Source of the DNA: an uncultured Paraglaciecola sp.
GTDB taxonomy: Bacteria; Pseudomonadota; Gammaproteobacteria; Enterobacterales; Alteromonadaceae
Length of the DNA stretch: 64,000 nt
Assembly: GCF_913058035.1 (NCBI RefSeq)
Contig: NZ_CAJXPA010000001.1
Span: 17,120-81,119 of the forward strand
Reading direction: 5' to 3'
Part shown: positions 1 through 9,709 of the stretch, one piece after another
Layout of the letters: every line of letters begins with the position of its first letter
How positions within the stretch are numbered: the first letter of the stretch is position 1
Notes under the pieces: model-generated
Database searches by the model: none
Told to the model about the DNA's origin: nothing
Seen by the model: only the letters and a program-made list of their open reading frames with translations
Translations under genes and position numbers: made by a program

Positions 1-335
1 AAATTGATACAGGATTGGCAAAGTCAATGCAAAAGTTAAAGCAGGCAGGGGTAACGTTACTCAATCAGGCGGTGCTGTTGAAAGGGATCAACGATACGGC
101 AGATCAACAAATTGCTTTAAACGAAGGGTTGTTTGAAATAGGTGTGATGCCTTACTATTTACACGTTTTAGATAAGGTGCAGGGGGCTGAACATTTCGAT
201 TCGCCTGACAGTAAAGCAAAAGAACTCATGCGAGAATTGATAAAGCGTCAGCCAGGTTATCTGGTGCCTAAACTCGTGAGAGAAATAGGTGGCCAGCCTG
301 GCAAAACGCCGCTTGACTTACAGCTTCATCCTTAA
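1..335 (+). CDS. epmB: EF-P beta-lysylation protein EpmB (KamA-family radical SAM), 3' part only
   Basis: LLNQAVLLKGIND, PYYLHVLDKVQGAEHF and GYLVPKLVREIGG..KTP are the KamA/EpmB C-terminal motifs; frame is open from the window start. Confidence 0.9.
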   Translation, partial: IDTGLAKSMQKLKQAGVTLLNQAVLLKGINDTADQQIALNEGLFEIGVMPYYLHVLDKVQGAEHFDSPDSKAKELMRELIKRQPGYLVPKLVREIGGQPGKTPLDLQLHP

Positions 336-364
336 CAAAACTCAATAAAAGAGCCTCACTAGTA

Positions 365-550
365 TTAAACAAACGTGTCGACAATAGACCCAATTGCTGA
401 ATTGGCAGACGAAGTTTTAGGTGCTGCAGCTGCTTCAAGTAATTCTATTGTCGCTTGACCCTCTATTTTTTGCTGAGATTTAGCAAGTTGTAGAGATTTT
501 ATTTCAAGCGTAGAACTGACCGACGACTGACTCGCTCCTGAAATATCCAT
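365..550 (-). CDS. Small YjfB-like putative motility protein (61 aa)
   Basis: ATG at 550 with AAGGAG SD; MDISG...LQLAKSQQKIEGQATIELL...IGSIVDTFV resembles the YjfB pattern; sigma-28 promoter upstream. Confidence 0.6.
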   Translation of the reverse strand: MDISGASQSSVSSTLEIKSLQLAKSQQKIEGQATIELLEAAAAPKTSSANSAIGSIVDTFV

Positions 551-610
551 ACAGTGCTCCTTATTACTTGTAGCAAGGTACAAAAGCGGGCAAAATTGCT
601 CACAAGAAAT

Positions 611-637
611 ATATCGACAACCTTAAGTAAAACTTTA
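611..637 (-). promoter_or_regulatory. Sigma-28 (FliA) promoter of the YjfB-like gene
   Basis: Minus strand TAAAGTTT-N11-GTCGATAT versus consensus TAAAGTTT-N11-GCCGATAA. Confidence 0.7.
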
Positions 638-640
638 GCT

Positions 641-949
641 ATGCAAACTATTATTCAAACTCTCAGTGAAAACGTTCAAGTTATTTATCGAAAATCTATT
701 GATGCCGATCAGGTCATTAGCCGTTTACAATATGATGGCAAAGGAAAATTCAGTGCAGTTTTTGCCAAAGATGCAGGTTTCACTACCAGTAGTCGACTTT
801 TCAAACCTTATGTAGAAGAACTAGCGAATGAAGTATTAGCACTAGAACAAGCTACTCAAGAATCTCTAAAAGAACAATTACCCAGCCTGGTAATGAAAAT
901 AGAGTTAATGTTAAAAACGTTAAGTAAATTTCAGAAATCTGCTCGATAA
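641..949 (+). CDS. Conserved hypothetical helical protein (weak resemblance to PriC N-terminus)
   Basis: ATG at 641, 102-aa ORF; F...GFTTSSRLFKPYVEE segment. Confidence 0.55.
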   Translation: MQTIIQTLSENVQVIYRKSIDADQVISRLQYDGKGKFSAVFAKDAGFTTSSRLFKPYVEELANEVLALEQATQESLKEQLPSLVMKIELMLKTLSKFQKSAR

Positions 950-969
950 TCTACTGCTTTTTTTGATTT

Positions 970-2256
970 TTAACGTACCTGATGAATCGGTAGTTCAGCG
1001 ATTCTTTGCCTGATACTTCTTACCATCTTAAGGTACTCAGGGCTGTCGACCTTGGTAAATTGTTTGCTAAATTCGCTTCTGTCTAAGCCTTCAGGAAATC
1101 CGTTAATGTTTGGGAAAAATAGGTCTTCATCGATGTTACCGGCTAATATATTTTGAACCGAGCTAGCGTTGGAGGGGCTTGATGCAGCAATCGCAAATTC
1201 CACCCCAGCAATGTCAGCTGCTAAGTCGACAAAACTATAGCCGCTTCCACCGTCGCCTCTATCCATTAACTCCTTAAACTCACCAATAGCTATACTTAAC
1301 CCCTGTTCGGAAAGTATTTTGATGGCAGCAGAAAAGATAAAATGTTGATGGAGATCAGCTCGAGATTTTAACCTAGGAATAGCGTTAGGAAACGCCACCT
1401 TGCCTTTTCTTGGTTGCACATCACCTACTAGATTGGCAAACCTATGGTTCCCTGCATATATTGCTAGTGCCATAATGGCGGCCTCGTTTTCTTTAGGCGC
1501 AGTCTCAAAAGTTGAGCGATTCTTTGCCCAAGTAAACATTGGACCAATATACTTTGCCAAAGACTGGGGTGTTGGGCTTTTGCTTACTTCTAGTAGGGAA
1601 AGTTGTTTTAAATAATATGTAGTTCTAAGGCGCATTTCTTCGTCACCAGTTCCGCCCACACTTTTTTTGATATCATTCAATTCTTTGAGAAATTGATCAA
1701 GTGGTAGAACAGACAATCGCATCTGACCTTCAGTCATAGAGACAGTCTCTACTTGTTGTACAAATTGACTAGCGATATCGCTGTTGGTATACCAATTAGC
1801 TAAATAAATAATAGTGCTTAGAGCGAAACTCCCAGGCACATTAACAGGCCCAAATTTCACATGGCTGACATTAATGCCAGGGCCAGGTAGCAATAAAATG
1901 TCAATATTCAGATATTGACCTACAGAATTTTTTGGTAATAAATAGCTAGCTAAAATGCTGGTTGAATTAGGGCCGATATGTACTCGACCATTAATTTTTT
2001 CATGGGCGCGTTGTGCAAAACCCACTAAACTATTTAGCTGATTTTGACTAATATGTATGTCTTGTTTGTTAGTTCTATTTTTAACACTATCACTAAGTTG
2101 TTTTATCAGTTTTTTAACTGAATCAGCTTGGTTGACTTGTTCACTACTGCTAGCAATAACGTTGGGATGCGACTCAATAACGGTAAAAAAAAGATACGTG
2201 ACGGCTACTGTTAACAATAGAATCAAAAAACTAATCGTTTTAAATAGCTTAGCCAA
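970..2256 (-). CDS. Membrane-anchored hypothetical protein with C-terminal YfiM-like motif
   Basis: N-terminal TM helix; C-terminal HF..SA...KELMD..GGSGYSFVDLAADIAG. Confidence 0.7.
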   Translation of the reverse strand: MAKLFKTISFLILLLTVAVTYLFFTVIESHPNVIASSSEQVNQADSVKKLIKQLSDSVKNRTNKQDIHISQNQLNSLVGFAQRAHEKINGRVHIGPNSTSILASYLLPKNSVGQYLNIDILLLPGPGINVSHVKFGPVNVPGSFALSTIIYLANWYTNSDIASQFVQQVETVSMTEGQMRLSVLPLDQFLKELNDIKKSVGGTGDEEMRLRTTYYLKQLSLLEVSKSPTPQSLAKYIGPMFTWAKNRSTFETAPKENEAAIMALAIYAGNHRFANLVGDVQPRKGKVAFPNAIPRLKSRADLHQHFIFSAAIKILSEQGLSIAIGEFKELMDRGDGGSGYSFVDLAADIAGVEFAIAASSPSNASSVQNILAGNIDEDLFFPNINGFPEGLDRSEFSKQFTKVDSPEYLKMVRSIRQRIAELPIHQVR

Positions 2257-2309
2257 GATATTTTCCTTCAGGCTTGATAACTAGTATGTCTGATTGAAAA
2301 AACACAAGA

Positions 2310-4199
2310 TTAAACAATCGCCATATCCCCTTTAGATTCTAACCATTGTTTGCGATCTGGTGCGCGTTTTTTGGCTAATAACATATCCATCATTTCTAAC
2401 ATTTGATCTGCATCGTCCACCATAAGCTGTACTAATCTTCTGGTGTTGGGATCCATGGTAGTTTCACGCAATTGCAAGGGGTTCATTTCACCCAACCCTT
2501 TAAAACGCTGAACATTTACCTTACCACGCTTTTTCTCAGCGGCTATGCGGTCCAAAATACCTTCTTTTTCCCCTTCGTCTAACGCGTAATAGACATCTTT
2601 GCCGACGTCAATTCGAAATAGTGGAGGCATAGCTACGTAAACATGGCCTTTATTAACTAAGGTTCTAAAGTGTCTAACAAATAATGCGCACAGTAAGGTG
2701 GCAATATGTAAACCATCAGAGTCAGCGTCGGCTAAAATACATATTTTGTCATAACGCAGGCCACTTAAATCTTCCGAGTCAGGGTCTATACCCAAAGCCA
2801 CAGAAATGTCATGTATTTCTTGTGAAGCTAACACTTGAGATGAGTCGACTTCCCAGCTGTTTAAAATTTTGCCGCGAAGTGGCATGATTGCCTGAAATTC
2901 TCTATCTCTGGCTTGTTTTGCAGAGCCCCCAGCTGAATCTCCTTCCACTAAAAATAATTCGGAGCGGCTGGTATCCTGGGTAGAACAATCGGTAAGTTTG
3001 CCGGGTAAAGCAGGTCCTTGAGTCACTTTTTTACGGGCTACTTTTTTACTTTGACGTAATCGAGTTTGTGCATTGTTAATACACATATCAGCCAGTAACT
3101 CAGCGACATCGGTATGTTGGTTTAACCATAAACTAAAAGCATCTTTAACCACACCTGAAACAAAAGCGGCAGCTTGACGCGAAGATAAGCGTTCTTTTAT
3201 TTGCCCTGCAAATTGTGGGTCTTGCATTTTAGTAGATAAAACATAACTACAACGATCCCAGATGTCTTCTGGTGTGAGTTTGACTCCACGCGGTAATAAG
3301 TTTCTAAACTCACAAAACTCACGCATCGATTCTAATAAGCCTTGACGCAAACCATTAACGTGCGTGCCACCTTGAACCGTTGGGATAAGGTTGACATAAC
3401 TTTCGTTAATCATTTCGCCACCTTCAGGCAGCCACATAACAGCCCAATCCGCGGCTTCGGTGTTACCTGAAATGGTGCCTACAAATGGACTGTCTTGTGG
3501 CAAGGTCACATATTCTTTTACCGATTGATATAAATAGTCACGCAAACCATCTTCGAAATACCATTCGGTAGTTTCATTACTGATTTTGTCATCAAATCGT
3601 ATTCGTAAACCAGGACATAATACCGCTTTAGCACGTAACACATGTAATAATTTAGTGACAGAAAACTTGCTTGAGTCAAAGTATTTTGGGTCAGGCCAAA
3701 AGTGAACTTTGGTGCCTGTGTTGCGTTTACCGCAGGTATCGACAATTTCTAACTCCTGAACTTTTTCACCGTTTTCAAAAGCAATTTGATGTACGTTGCC
3801 ATTACGCCGAATATTCACCTCTACTCTTTTGGATAAAGCGTTGACCACAGAAATGCCAACACCATGTAAACCACCAGAAAACTGGTAGCTTTTGTTTGAA
3901 AATTTACCACCCGCGTGTAACTTAGTCATAATCAATTCTACCCCTGAAATACCTTCTTCAGGGTGGATGTCTACAGGCATACCACGGCCATCATCTGTGA
4001 CTTCAATGGATTGATCTGAATGCAGTACCACTCGAATTGTGGTGGCAAATCCGCCTAAGGCTTCGTCAACACTATTATCAATGACTTCTTGGCTTAAATG
4101 ATTTGGGCGTGTGGTATCCGTATACATACCAGGGCGGCGTTGAACTGGCTCTAGGCCGTTCAATACTTCAATAGCGTCTGCGTTATATTCGTTTGACAT
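2310..4199 (-). CDS. parE: DNA topoisomerase IV subunit B
   Basis: EPVQRRPGMY, GHKL motifs, TOPRIM VEGDSAGGSAKQ, DADSDGLHI, QRFKGLGEMNP; 629 aa without the GyrB insert. Confidence 0.97.
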   Translation of the reverse strand: MSNEYNADAIEVLNGLEPVQRRPGMYTDTTRPNHLSQEVIDNSVDEALGGFATTIRVVLHSDQSIEVTDDGRGMPVDIHPEEGISGVELIMTKLHAGGKFSNKSYQFSGGLHGVGISVVNALSKRVEVNIRRNGNVHQIAFENGEKVQELEIVDTCGKRNTGTKVHFWPDPKYFDSSKFSVTKLLHVLRAKAVLCPGLRIRFDDKISNETTEWYFEDGLRDYLYQSVKEYVTLPQDSPFVGTISGNTEAADWAVMWLPEGGEMINESYVNLIPTVQGGTHVNGLRQGLLESMREFCEFRNLLPRGVKLTPEDIWDRCSYVLSTKMQDPQFAGQIKERLSSRQAAAFVSGVVKDAFSLWLNQHTDVAELLADMCINNAQTRLRQSKKVARKKVTQGPALPGKLTDCSTQDTSRSELFLVEGDSAGGSAKQARDREFQAIMPLRGKILNSWEVDSSQVLASQEIHDISVALGIDPDSEDLSGLRYDKICILADADSDGLHIATLLCALFVRHFRTLVNKGHVYVAMPPLFRIDVGKDVYYALDEGEKEGILDRIAAEKKRGKVNVQRFKGLGEMNPLQLRETTMDPNTRRLVQLMVDDADQMLEMMDMLLAKKRAPDRKQWLESKGDMAIV

Positions 4200-4282
4200 A
4201 TTTATTAATCAAAGCTCTCGTTATTCGTACGGTGGATGTGCGGCAATGCTAAAAGCATTTTATATGTTATACCAAGCTTCAA

Positions 4283-4867
4283 TTAGTCTTGCAGTAGAAA
4301 CCTAAAAATATCTGGTAAGAATCGCTGAAAATCTTGAAAACTATGATCACCGCCTTGCTCTATGCTTAGTTTATAGTCTTGGTACTTAGTTTCTGCTTGG
4401 CGGTAGTCTAACGTTTCGTCTGCAGTTTGTAACAACACCCAATAATCAGACTTGGGATTCAAAGTGGGTGTATCCAGATAACGAAGCTCGTCAATATGTT
4501 GGTTTTTTAGTAAAAAAGGTTGTTGCGTGTGCGGATTAATATGGGCGCCTAAAAAGTCGACTAATAAATCAAAAGGTCGCACTGCTGGATTAACTAAAAC
4601 TGCTTTGCCTGAATATTTTTCCACCATGAACGACGCTAAAAACCCACCTAATGAGCTACCAATAAAACGTAATTTTTTGCCATGATGTTCAGCAATTTTC
4701 TGTTCAATAATAGCGACGGCATCATTAGGGTAGTTCGCAAGTTGTGGTATTTCTAAAATTAAATCGGGGTAATTAGCCTTCACAAACTCGATAGTTTGCG
4801 AAGCTTTTTTCGACTGCGGTGAACTAAGAAATCCGTGTAAATAGATAACAACGTATTGCAAAGTCAA
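4283..4867 (-). CDS. yqiA: Esterase YqiA (alpha/beta hydrolase)
   Basis: YLHGFLSSP, GSSLGG nucleophile motif, GGDHSF; synteny with parE/cpdA. Confidence 0.9.
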   Translation of the reverse strand: MTLQYVVIYLHGFLSSPQSKKASQTIEFVKANYPDLILEIPQLANYPNDAVAIIEQKIAEHHGKKLRFIGSSLGGFLASFMVEKYSGKAVLVNPAVRPFDLLVDFLGAHINPHTQQPFLLKNQHIDELRYLDTPTLNPKSDYWVLLQTADETLDYRQAETKYQDYKLSIEQGGDHSFQDFQRFLPDIFRFLLQD

Positions 4868-4870
4868 TCC

Positions 4871-5617
4871 TTATGCTTTTAGTCGGTGAATAGATGTGAC
4901 TATTTGACCATTATCTAGCAATTTAAGCACTCTATAACCTGGCAATAAATCGCTTGTGGCAAAAGATGACTCAGTAGCAAACTGCCAACAGGTTGAGGGA
5001 CATGCCATATATAAACATTGGTCTTTTTGTTGTTCGATTGCCATATGGATATGACCATACACCACACCTTTTATAGATGGATTTGCGGCTACTACCGCAT
5101 TAAATTCTTGCCGGTTTGTCCATTCATGTTTGTCCATCCAACCATCGCAAGGGATAGGATGGTGATGAGCGGCTAATAAGTGATAATCATTACAATGAAG
5201 GCTTAAATATTCAGTTAAAGATGCAAGGTTAGATTCTGATATTTGTCCCATGGCATACTGATATTGTGTGTCTAATAGATGAATATGCCATCGATTGGGC
5301 AAAATCAATCGATGTTTATTTATCCACAAATAATCACTATCAATATGTGATTTCATCTGTGCTTGGTTGTCATGATTGCCCGGAATGATACCTATTCGGC
5401 AATTGATACCTGTCTCGTAAAGCAATTTAGAAAAGTGTTGGTAACTTTGCCCAGAACCGTCACCACTGATATCGCCCGTAACTAACAACACATCCGGCTG
5501 GCGAAGTGTAACCTCCGCCAATATGTGTTGTAAGCTTTGATAAGGATTGATGTTGTTGTAACCATTTTTTTGGATTTCTGAAAATAAATGACAATCTGTA
5601 ATTTGAATAATATTCAT
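4871..5617 (-). CDS. cpdA: 3',5'-cyclic-AMP phosphodiesterase (metallophosphoesterase)
   Basis: TDCH, TGD, GNHD, HHHP, GHIH metal ligands; PSTCWQF; synteny. Confidence 0.85.
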   Translation of the reverse strand: MNIIQITDCHLFSEIQKNGYNNINPYQSLQHILAEVTLRQPDVLLVTGDISGDGSGQSYQHFSKLLYETGINCRIGIIPGNHDNQAQMKSHIDSDYLWINKHRLILPNRWHIHLLDTQYQYAMGQISESNLASLTEYLSLHCNDYHLLAAHHHPIPCDGWMDKHEWTNRQEFNAVVAANPSIKGVVYGHIHMAIEQQKDQCLYMACPSTCWQFATESSFATSDLLPGYRVLKLLDNGQIVTSIHRLKA

Positions 5618-5629
5618 TTTTAGAATGAC

Positions 5630-6073
5630 TTAGGCTTCAGAAGAATATAATTGGCTACTTTGCGTTAAACAAAACTGTAACCATTCAGCTAAGAACAAAT
5701 TAACCATTTCTTTTTCGTTTTTCTGATACATTTTGGTATTGGGGTACTGGTAGCTTGGCTTCAAAGAACCAATATTCTGAGCACTAATTACTTCTGCCAT
5801 TTTAGCATCGTGATATAACCTAACCTGCACTACTGGCCGAAGAAATTCATAACCTATCTGGTTTTTTTGCGACATTTCTAAAGTGCTGGTATAGCGACTA
5901 CATTCAATAATCTTGATGGTATATAGCAAACTAGCGTTTACTTTAAATTGATACTGTAAGTCTTCTGTATCGCAATCAGGAAGCAACTTTAACAGACGAC
6001 CATAATTAACCTCACATACTTGGTGCATGTTGGCTAGTTTGGGAACATATTTACGACCTATTTCTTTAGTCAT
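5630..6073 (-). CDS. yqiB: DUF1249 family protein YqiB
   Basis: CEVNYGRLLKLLP, VRLYHDAKMAEV, YPN..MYQKNEK..N.FL.EWL. Confidence 0.88.
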   Translation of the reverse strand: MTKEIGRKYVPKLANMHQVCEVNYGRLLKLLPDCDTEDLQYQFKVNASLLYTIKIIECSRYTSTLEMSQKNQIGYEFLRPVVQVRLYHDAKMAEVISAQNIGSLKPSYQYPNTKMYQKNEKEMVNLFLAEWLQFCLTQSSQLYSSEA

Positions 6074-6701
6074 GAGACCAATTTTCCAAAAGCTGTTGTT
6101 TATTCATAGCAAACCATTGAAGTGCAATCAGTGCAGCAGCATTATCGATTTTACCTTGGTTGAGCCAGTCAAACGCCAGTGTTGAAGGTACTCTGTGTAC
6201 TAAGATGTCTTCACTTTCGTATTCTAGCCCATGCACACCTTTGGCATTACTGGCATCGACTAAACCTATGAAAATGTGTAAGCGCTCTGTCGTTCCGCCA
6301 GGGCTAGATAGGTAACTCAAGGCTTTATGTAACTTTTTAATATCAAGACCAGCTTCTTCCCTTGTTTCTCGGTAGCAGACTTCTTCAGGTGTTTCACCCT
6401 CATCAATAATACCTGCAACCACTTCAAGCAACCAAGGCGAAGAGGAAGTGGGCAATGCACCAATTCGCACTTGCTCAATTAACACAAACTCATCTAAAAC
6501 AGGATCGTACGGTAAGACAGCTATGGCGTGTCCTCGTTCAAACACTTCTCGTGTGACTACTTTGCTCCAGCCACCTTCAAATAGCTTGTGTTTAAAAGCG
6601 TATTTTACCATTTTGAAGAAACCTTGATACAAGGTTTCCTTATTCAATATTTGTATATCTTTAGCTGAAAATTGTTGAATTTTTTGGTGGCCTTTTTGCA
6701 A
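6066..6701 (-). CDS. nudF: ADP-ribose diphosphatase (Nudix)
   Basis: REVFERGHA, Nudix box AGIIDEGETPEEVCYRETREEAG, SSPGG; TTG start. Confidence 0.93.
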   Translation of the reverse strand: MQKGHQKIQQFSAKDIQILNKETLYQGFFKMVKYAFKHKLFEGGWSKVVTREVFERGHAIAVLPYDPVLDEFVLIEQVRIGALPTSSSPWLLEVVAGIIDEGETPEEVCYRETREEAGLDIKKLHKALSYLSSPGGTTERLHIFIGLVDASNAKGVHGLEYESEDILVHRVPSTLAFDWLNQGKIDNAAALIALQWFAMNKQQLLENWSHD

Positions 6702-6987
6702 ACTTTTCTCCGATTGTTTAAGTACTAATCTTTAAGATAAATAGACCATATCTAAACGTTTAAAAGACTAAGACTAGCATAACAAAGTTTCATATGCTGG
6801 TTCGCCTAGGGTCTGTTAATTCATAATATTCTGTTACACTTGAATGCGAAGTGTTACGACAAAGCAATATTACTTAACACGAGATTTGCTTAGACTTTGA
6901 ATACACATATTATTATTAGTATTTGACTAGGCATACTTCTTTTTGAATATTTGGCTTAGATTGATTCAGAAACAGATAGGATTACCA

Positions 6988-8358
6988 ATGAAAAAAACAT
7001 TTTTGTCGTTATTGATCGGCATAGGACTCTCTTCACCTGTTTTTGCAGATGATCTGTATCAAGTCTATCAAATGGCTGTTGAGAAAGATCCCACCACTAA
7101 CCGCGCCAAAGCAGATAGAGATGCCGCTTTTGAAGGTATATCCATAAGCCGAGCAAGCTTATTACCACAAATTTCTGGTTCTATTACCTATAGCGATAGC
7201 AGTAGAGAGTCTAATCAACAAATATCAGGCCCTACGGCAGCTAACCCAAATTCTCCAGAAGTGTTTGCTAACTTTAGTCAAAATTCCGAAGCGGTTAATA
7301 TGAATATTAACTTAGGCATGTCTATTTACGACCATAAAAATTGGATTGCATTAAACAGAGCCGAGAAAGTGGCACAGCAAAGCGACACAAATTACGCATT
7401 GTCTAAGCAAGACTTAATCATAAGAACAACAGATGCCTATTTAGCTATCCTCAGGGCAAAAGATAGTTTGACATTTGTTAGAGCTGAAAAACGCGCAATC
7501 GAGCGACAATTGGAACAGACCAAACAGCGTTTCAATGTAGGTTTAACGGCTATTACAGATGTGCACGAAGCACAGGCAAACTTTGACAGTACGGTAGCTC
7601 AAGAAATTATTACTGAAAATGTAGTTGAATTACGCTTGGAGCAGATGCGCGAAATTACTGGTAAATATCATGGCAACATTTCTGTATTAAATACTGAAAG
7701 TTTTAGTGCTTCACGCCCATTTCCTGAAGGTGTTGATAATTGGCTAAAAATTGCAGAAGAAAAGAATCTTGATTTAATGGTGCGTAATATTGCTAAGGAT
7801 ATTGCGAAAGAAGATATTTCCGCTGCCAAAGCTGGACATTATCCAACACTATCTCTGTCAGGTAGTTATGGTAAAAGGGTAGAAGAGGAAACAAATGGTA
7901 TCAGTTTTCCATCTACTGATTCGAATTCTATCGGTGTCACGTTAAATGTCCCTATTTACTCAGGTGGTGCAGTGAACGCACAAACCGCTCAAGCTAGATA
8001 TCGCTTTGTAGCTGCCAGTGAGAACTTAGAACTTACTTTCCGTTCGACAGTTCGCTCAGTGCGTTCAGCTTATAATGATGTGATTGCCGCTACCTCTACT
8101 ATTCGTGCCTTAAAACAAGCCGTTGTCTCAGCAGACAGCGCATTAAAAGCCACTGAAGCAGGTTTTGATGTGGGAACTAGGACCATAGTTGATGTGCTTA
8201 ATAGTACGAAAAACCAGTTTGATGCTAGGCAGCGTCTTGCAAGCGCTCGTTATGACTTCATTAGCGCTATTTTGGATTTAAAACGTGCTTCGGGTAATCT
8301 AACCGAACAAGACTTAGTAGACATTAACCGCGGGTTAATGTCTGATAAAATTAGTTAA
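6988..8358 (+). CDS. tolC: Outer membrane channel TolC
   Basis: Signal peptide, RFNVGLTAITDV, GFDVGTRTIVDVL; divergent from nudF as in enterobacteria; ATG at 6988 with AGGA SD. Confidence 0.93.
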   Translation: MKKTFLSLLIGIGLSSPVFADDLYQVYQMAVEKDPTTNRAKADRDAAFEGISISRASLLPQISGSITYSDSSRESNQQISGPTAANPNSPEVFANFSQNSEAVNMNINLGMSIYDHKNWIALNRAEKVAQQSDTNYALSKQDLIIRTTDAYLAILRAKDSLTFVRAEKRAIERQLEQTKQRFNVGLTAITDVHEAQANFDSTVAQEIITENVVELRLEQMREITGKYHGNISVLNTESFSASRPFPEGVDNWLKIAEEKNLDLMVRNIAKDIAKEDISAAKAGHYPTLSLSGSYGKRVEEETNGISFPSTDSNSIGVTLNVPIYSGGAVNAQTAQARYRFVAASENLELTFRSTVRSVRSAYNDVIAATSTIRALKQAVVSADSALKATEAGFDVGTRTIVDVLNSTKNQFDARQRLASARYDFISAILDLKRASGNLTEQDLVDINRGLMSDKIS

Positions 8359-8378
8359 TCAAGAGCAATATAACCGCT

Positions 8379-8402
8379 AGGGTGGCTTTGCTGCCCTTTT
8401 TT
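8379..8402 (+). terminator. Intrinsic terminator after tolC
   Basis: AGGGTGGC-TTT-GCTGCCCT followed by a T tract. Confidence 0.65.
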
Positions 8403-8552
8403 ATTTCTGTCACTGTATTTTTATCCATTTTGATACGCATTTGAATATGATGTTTAAATAAAATTTGTTCTGGCTGTTGATAATTGATTGACAGCTAAAC
8501 CTAATTCAATAATCTATTGATGATTTTTATTATCCGAGACTCACTTCCCTAT

Positions 8553-9368
8553 ATGAAAGCTTCGACCCTACAAGCCAAATTTATTCAAATCCGCTCAAAC
8601 AAACTATTTGAAATTTTTGTGGTTTCCGTAATCATTTTTTCAGCGTTGCTAGTGGGAGCGAAAACCTACGAAATGTCAGCAACTATTTATGCTATCGCTA
8701 AGTTTTTTGATTGGTTTATTAGCGCTTTTTTCCTAATTGAAATTACTATACGGTTTCTGGCTGAGCATCGTAAGCGAAATTTTTTCAAAGACTTCTGGAA
8801 CATCTTTGATACTTTAATTGTGATAATTAGTTTGATACCTGCAGATGATACAGAGCTGGCGTTGGTTGCAAGGTTAGTCAGAGTATTTAGAGTATTAAGA
8901 ATGATTTCCATCATCCCTGAACTCAGAATTTTATTAGTGTCATTAATCAAAGCGATGCCACAGCTTGGTTATGTGATGTTGTTGATGTTTATCATCTTCT
9001 ATATTTACGCGGCGGTTGGGAGCACATTGTTTGCTACAATTAACCCAGATTTATGGGGTAATATTATCATCTCACTGTTGACCTTATTCAGAGTTATGAC
9101 CTTTGAAGATTGGACTGACGTGATGTACGAAACAATGGAAGTTTATCCCTTCAGTTGGATATTTTATTTAAGTTTTATTTTCTTCACGGCTTTTGCCTTC
9201 TTAAATATGGTGATTGGTATAGTCGTGAATGTTATGGAGCAAGAAAATGCTAAAGCGCGCGTCGAAGCACTAGAAGAAGAGGGGGAACCAAGTCTCAAGG
9301 AAATATCTGAACAAATATCAAAATTGCAGTTGCAGATATTGTCTATGGATAACAACAAGGTATCTTAG
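8553..9368 (+). CDS. Bacterial voltage-gated cation channel (BacNav-like, 6TM ion transporter)
   Basis: S4 RLVRVFRVLR, FWNIFD in S3, pore TFEDWTD, S6 FLNMVIGIVVN, C-terminal coiled coil. Confidence 0.9.
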   Translation: MKASTLQAKFIQIRSNKLFEIFVVSVIIFSALLVGAKTYEMSATIYAIAKFFDWFISAFFLIEITIRFLAEHRKRNFFKDFWNIFDTLIVIISLIPADDTELALVARLVRVFRVLRMISIIPELRILLVSLIKAMPQLGYVMLLMFIIFYIYAAVGSTLFATINPDLWGNIIISLLTLFRVMTFEDWTDVMYETMEVYPFSWIFYLSFIFFTAFAFLNMVIGIVVNVMEQENAKARVEALEEEGEPSLKEISEQISKLQLQILSMDNNKVS

Positions 9369-9574
9369 GATCATTAGCCATAAATTTTACTAAGCATCAG
9401 ATAATAGTTAAAAGCTAAGACGCCATCAAAAATATTGAATATTATAGATAGCGTTTGGTCAGCTCTTTGAGTCCAATTGACTAATACATTGATTTTTAAT
9501 AGAACTAGTCCAAAATAACAATTTTTTCGTATTTAAGTTTGTTGTCTGGTAAAAGAAAATTCGCACACTTTAAC

Positions 9575-9640
9575 TTTTTCATAAACGGATTTTTCATAAA
9601 TAGATTCATAAATAGTTTTTCATAAATAGTTTTTCATAAA
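9575..9640. repeat. Degenerate tandem repeat (~14 bp, TTTTTCATAAATAG, ~5 copies) upstream of hemH
   Basis: TTCATAAA recurs five times at 11-15 bp spacing. Confidence 0.8.
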
Positions 9641-9709
9641 AGGCTTTTATACGAGTTTTTATGTAAAAATTATCCATTCACCCCTATTAAACATCATCAA
9701 GAGTTCTTC

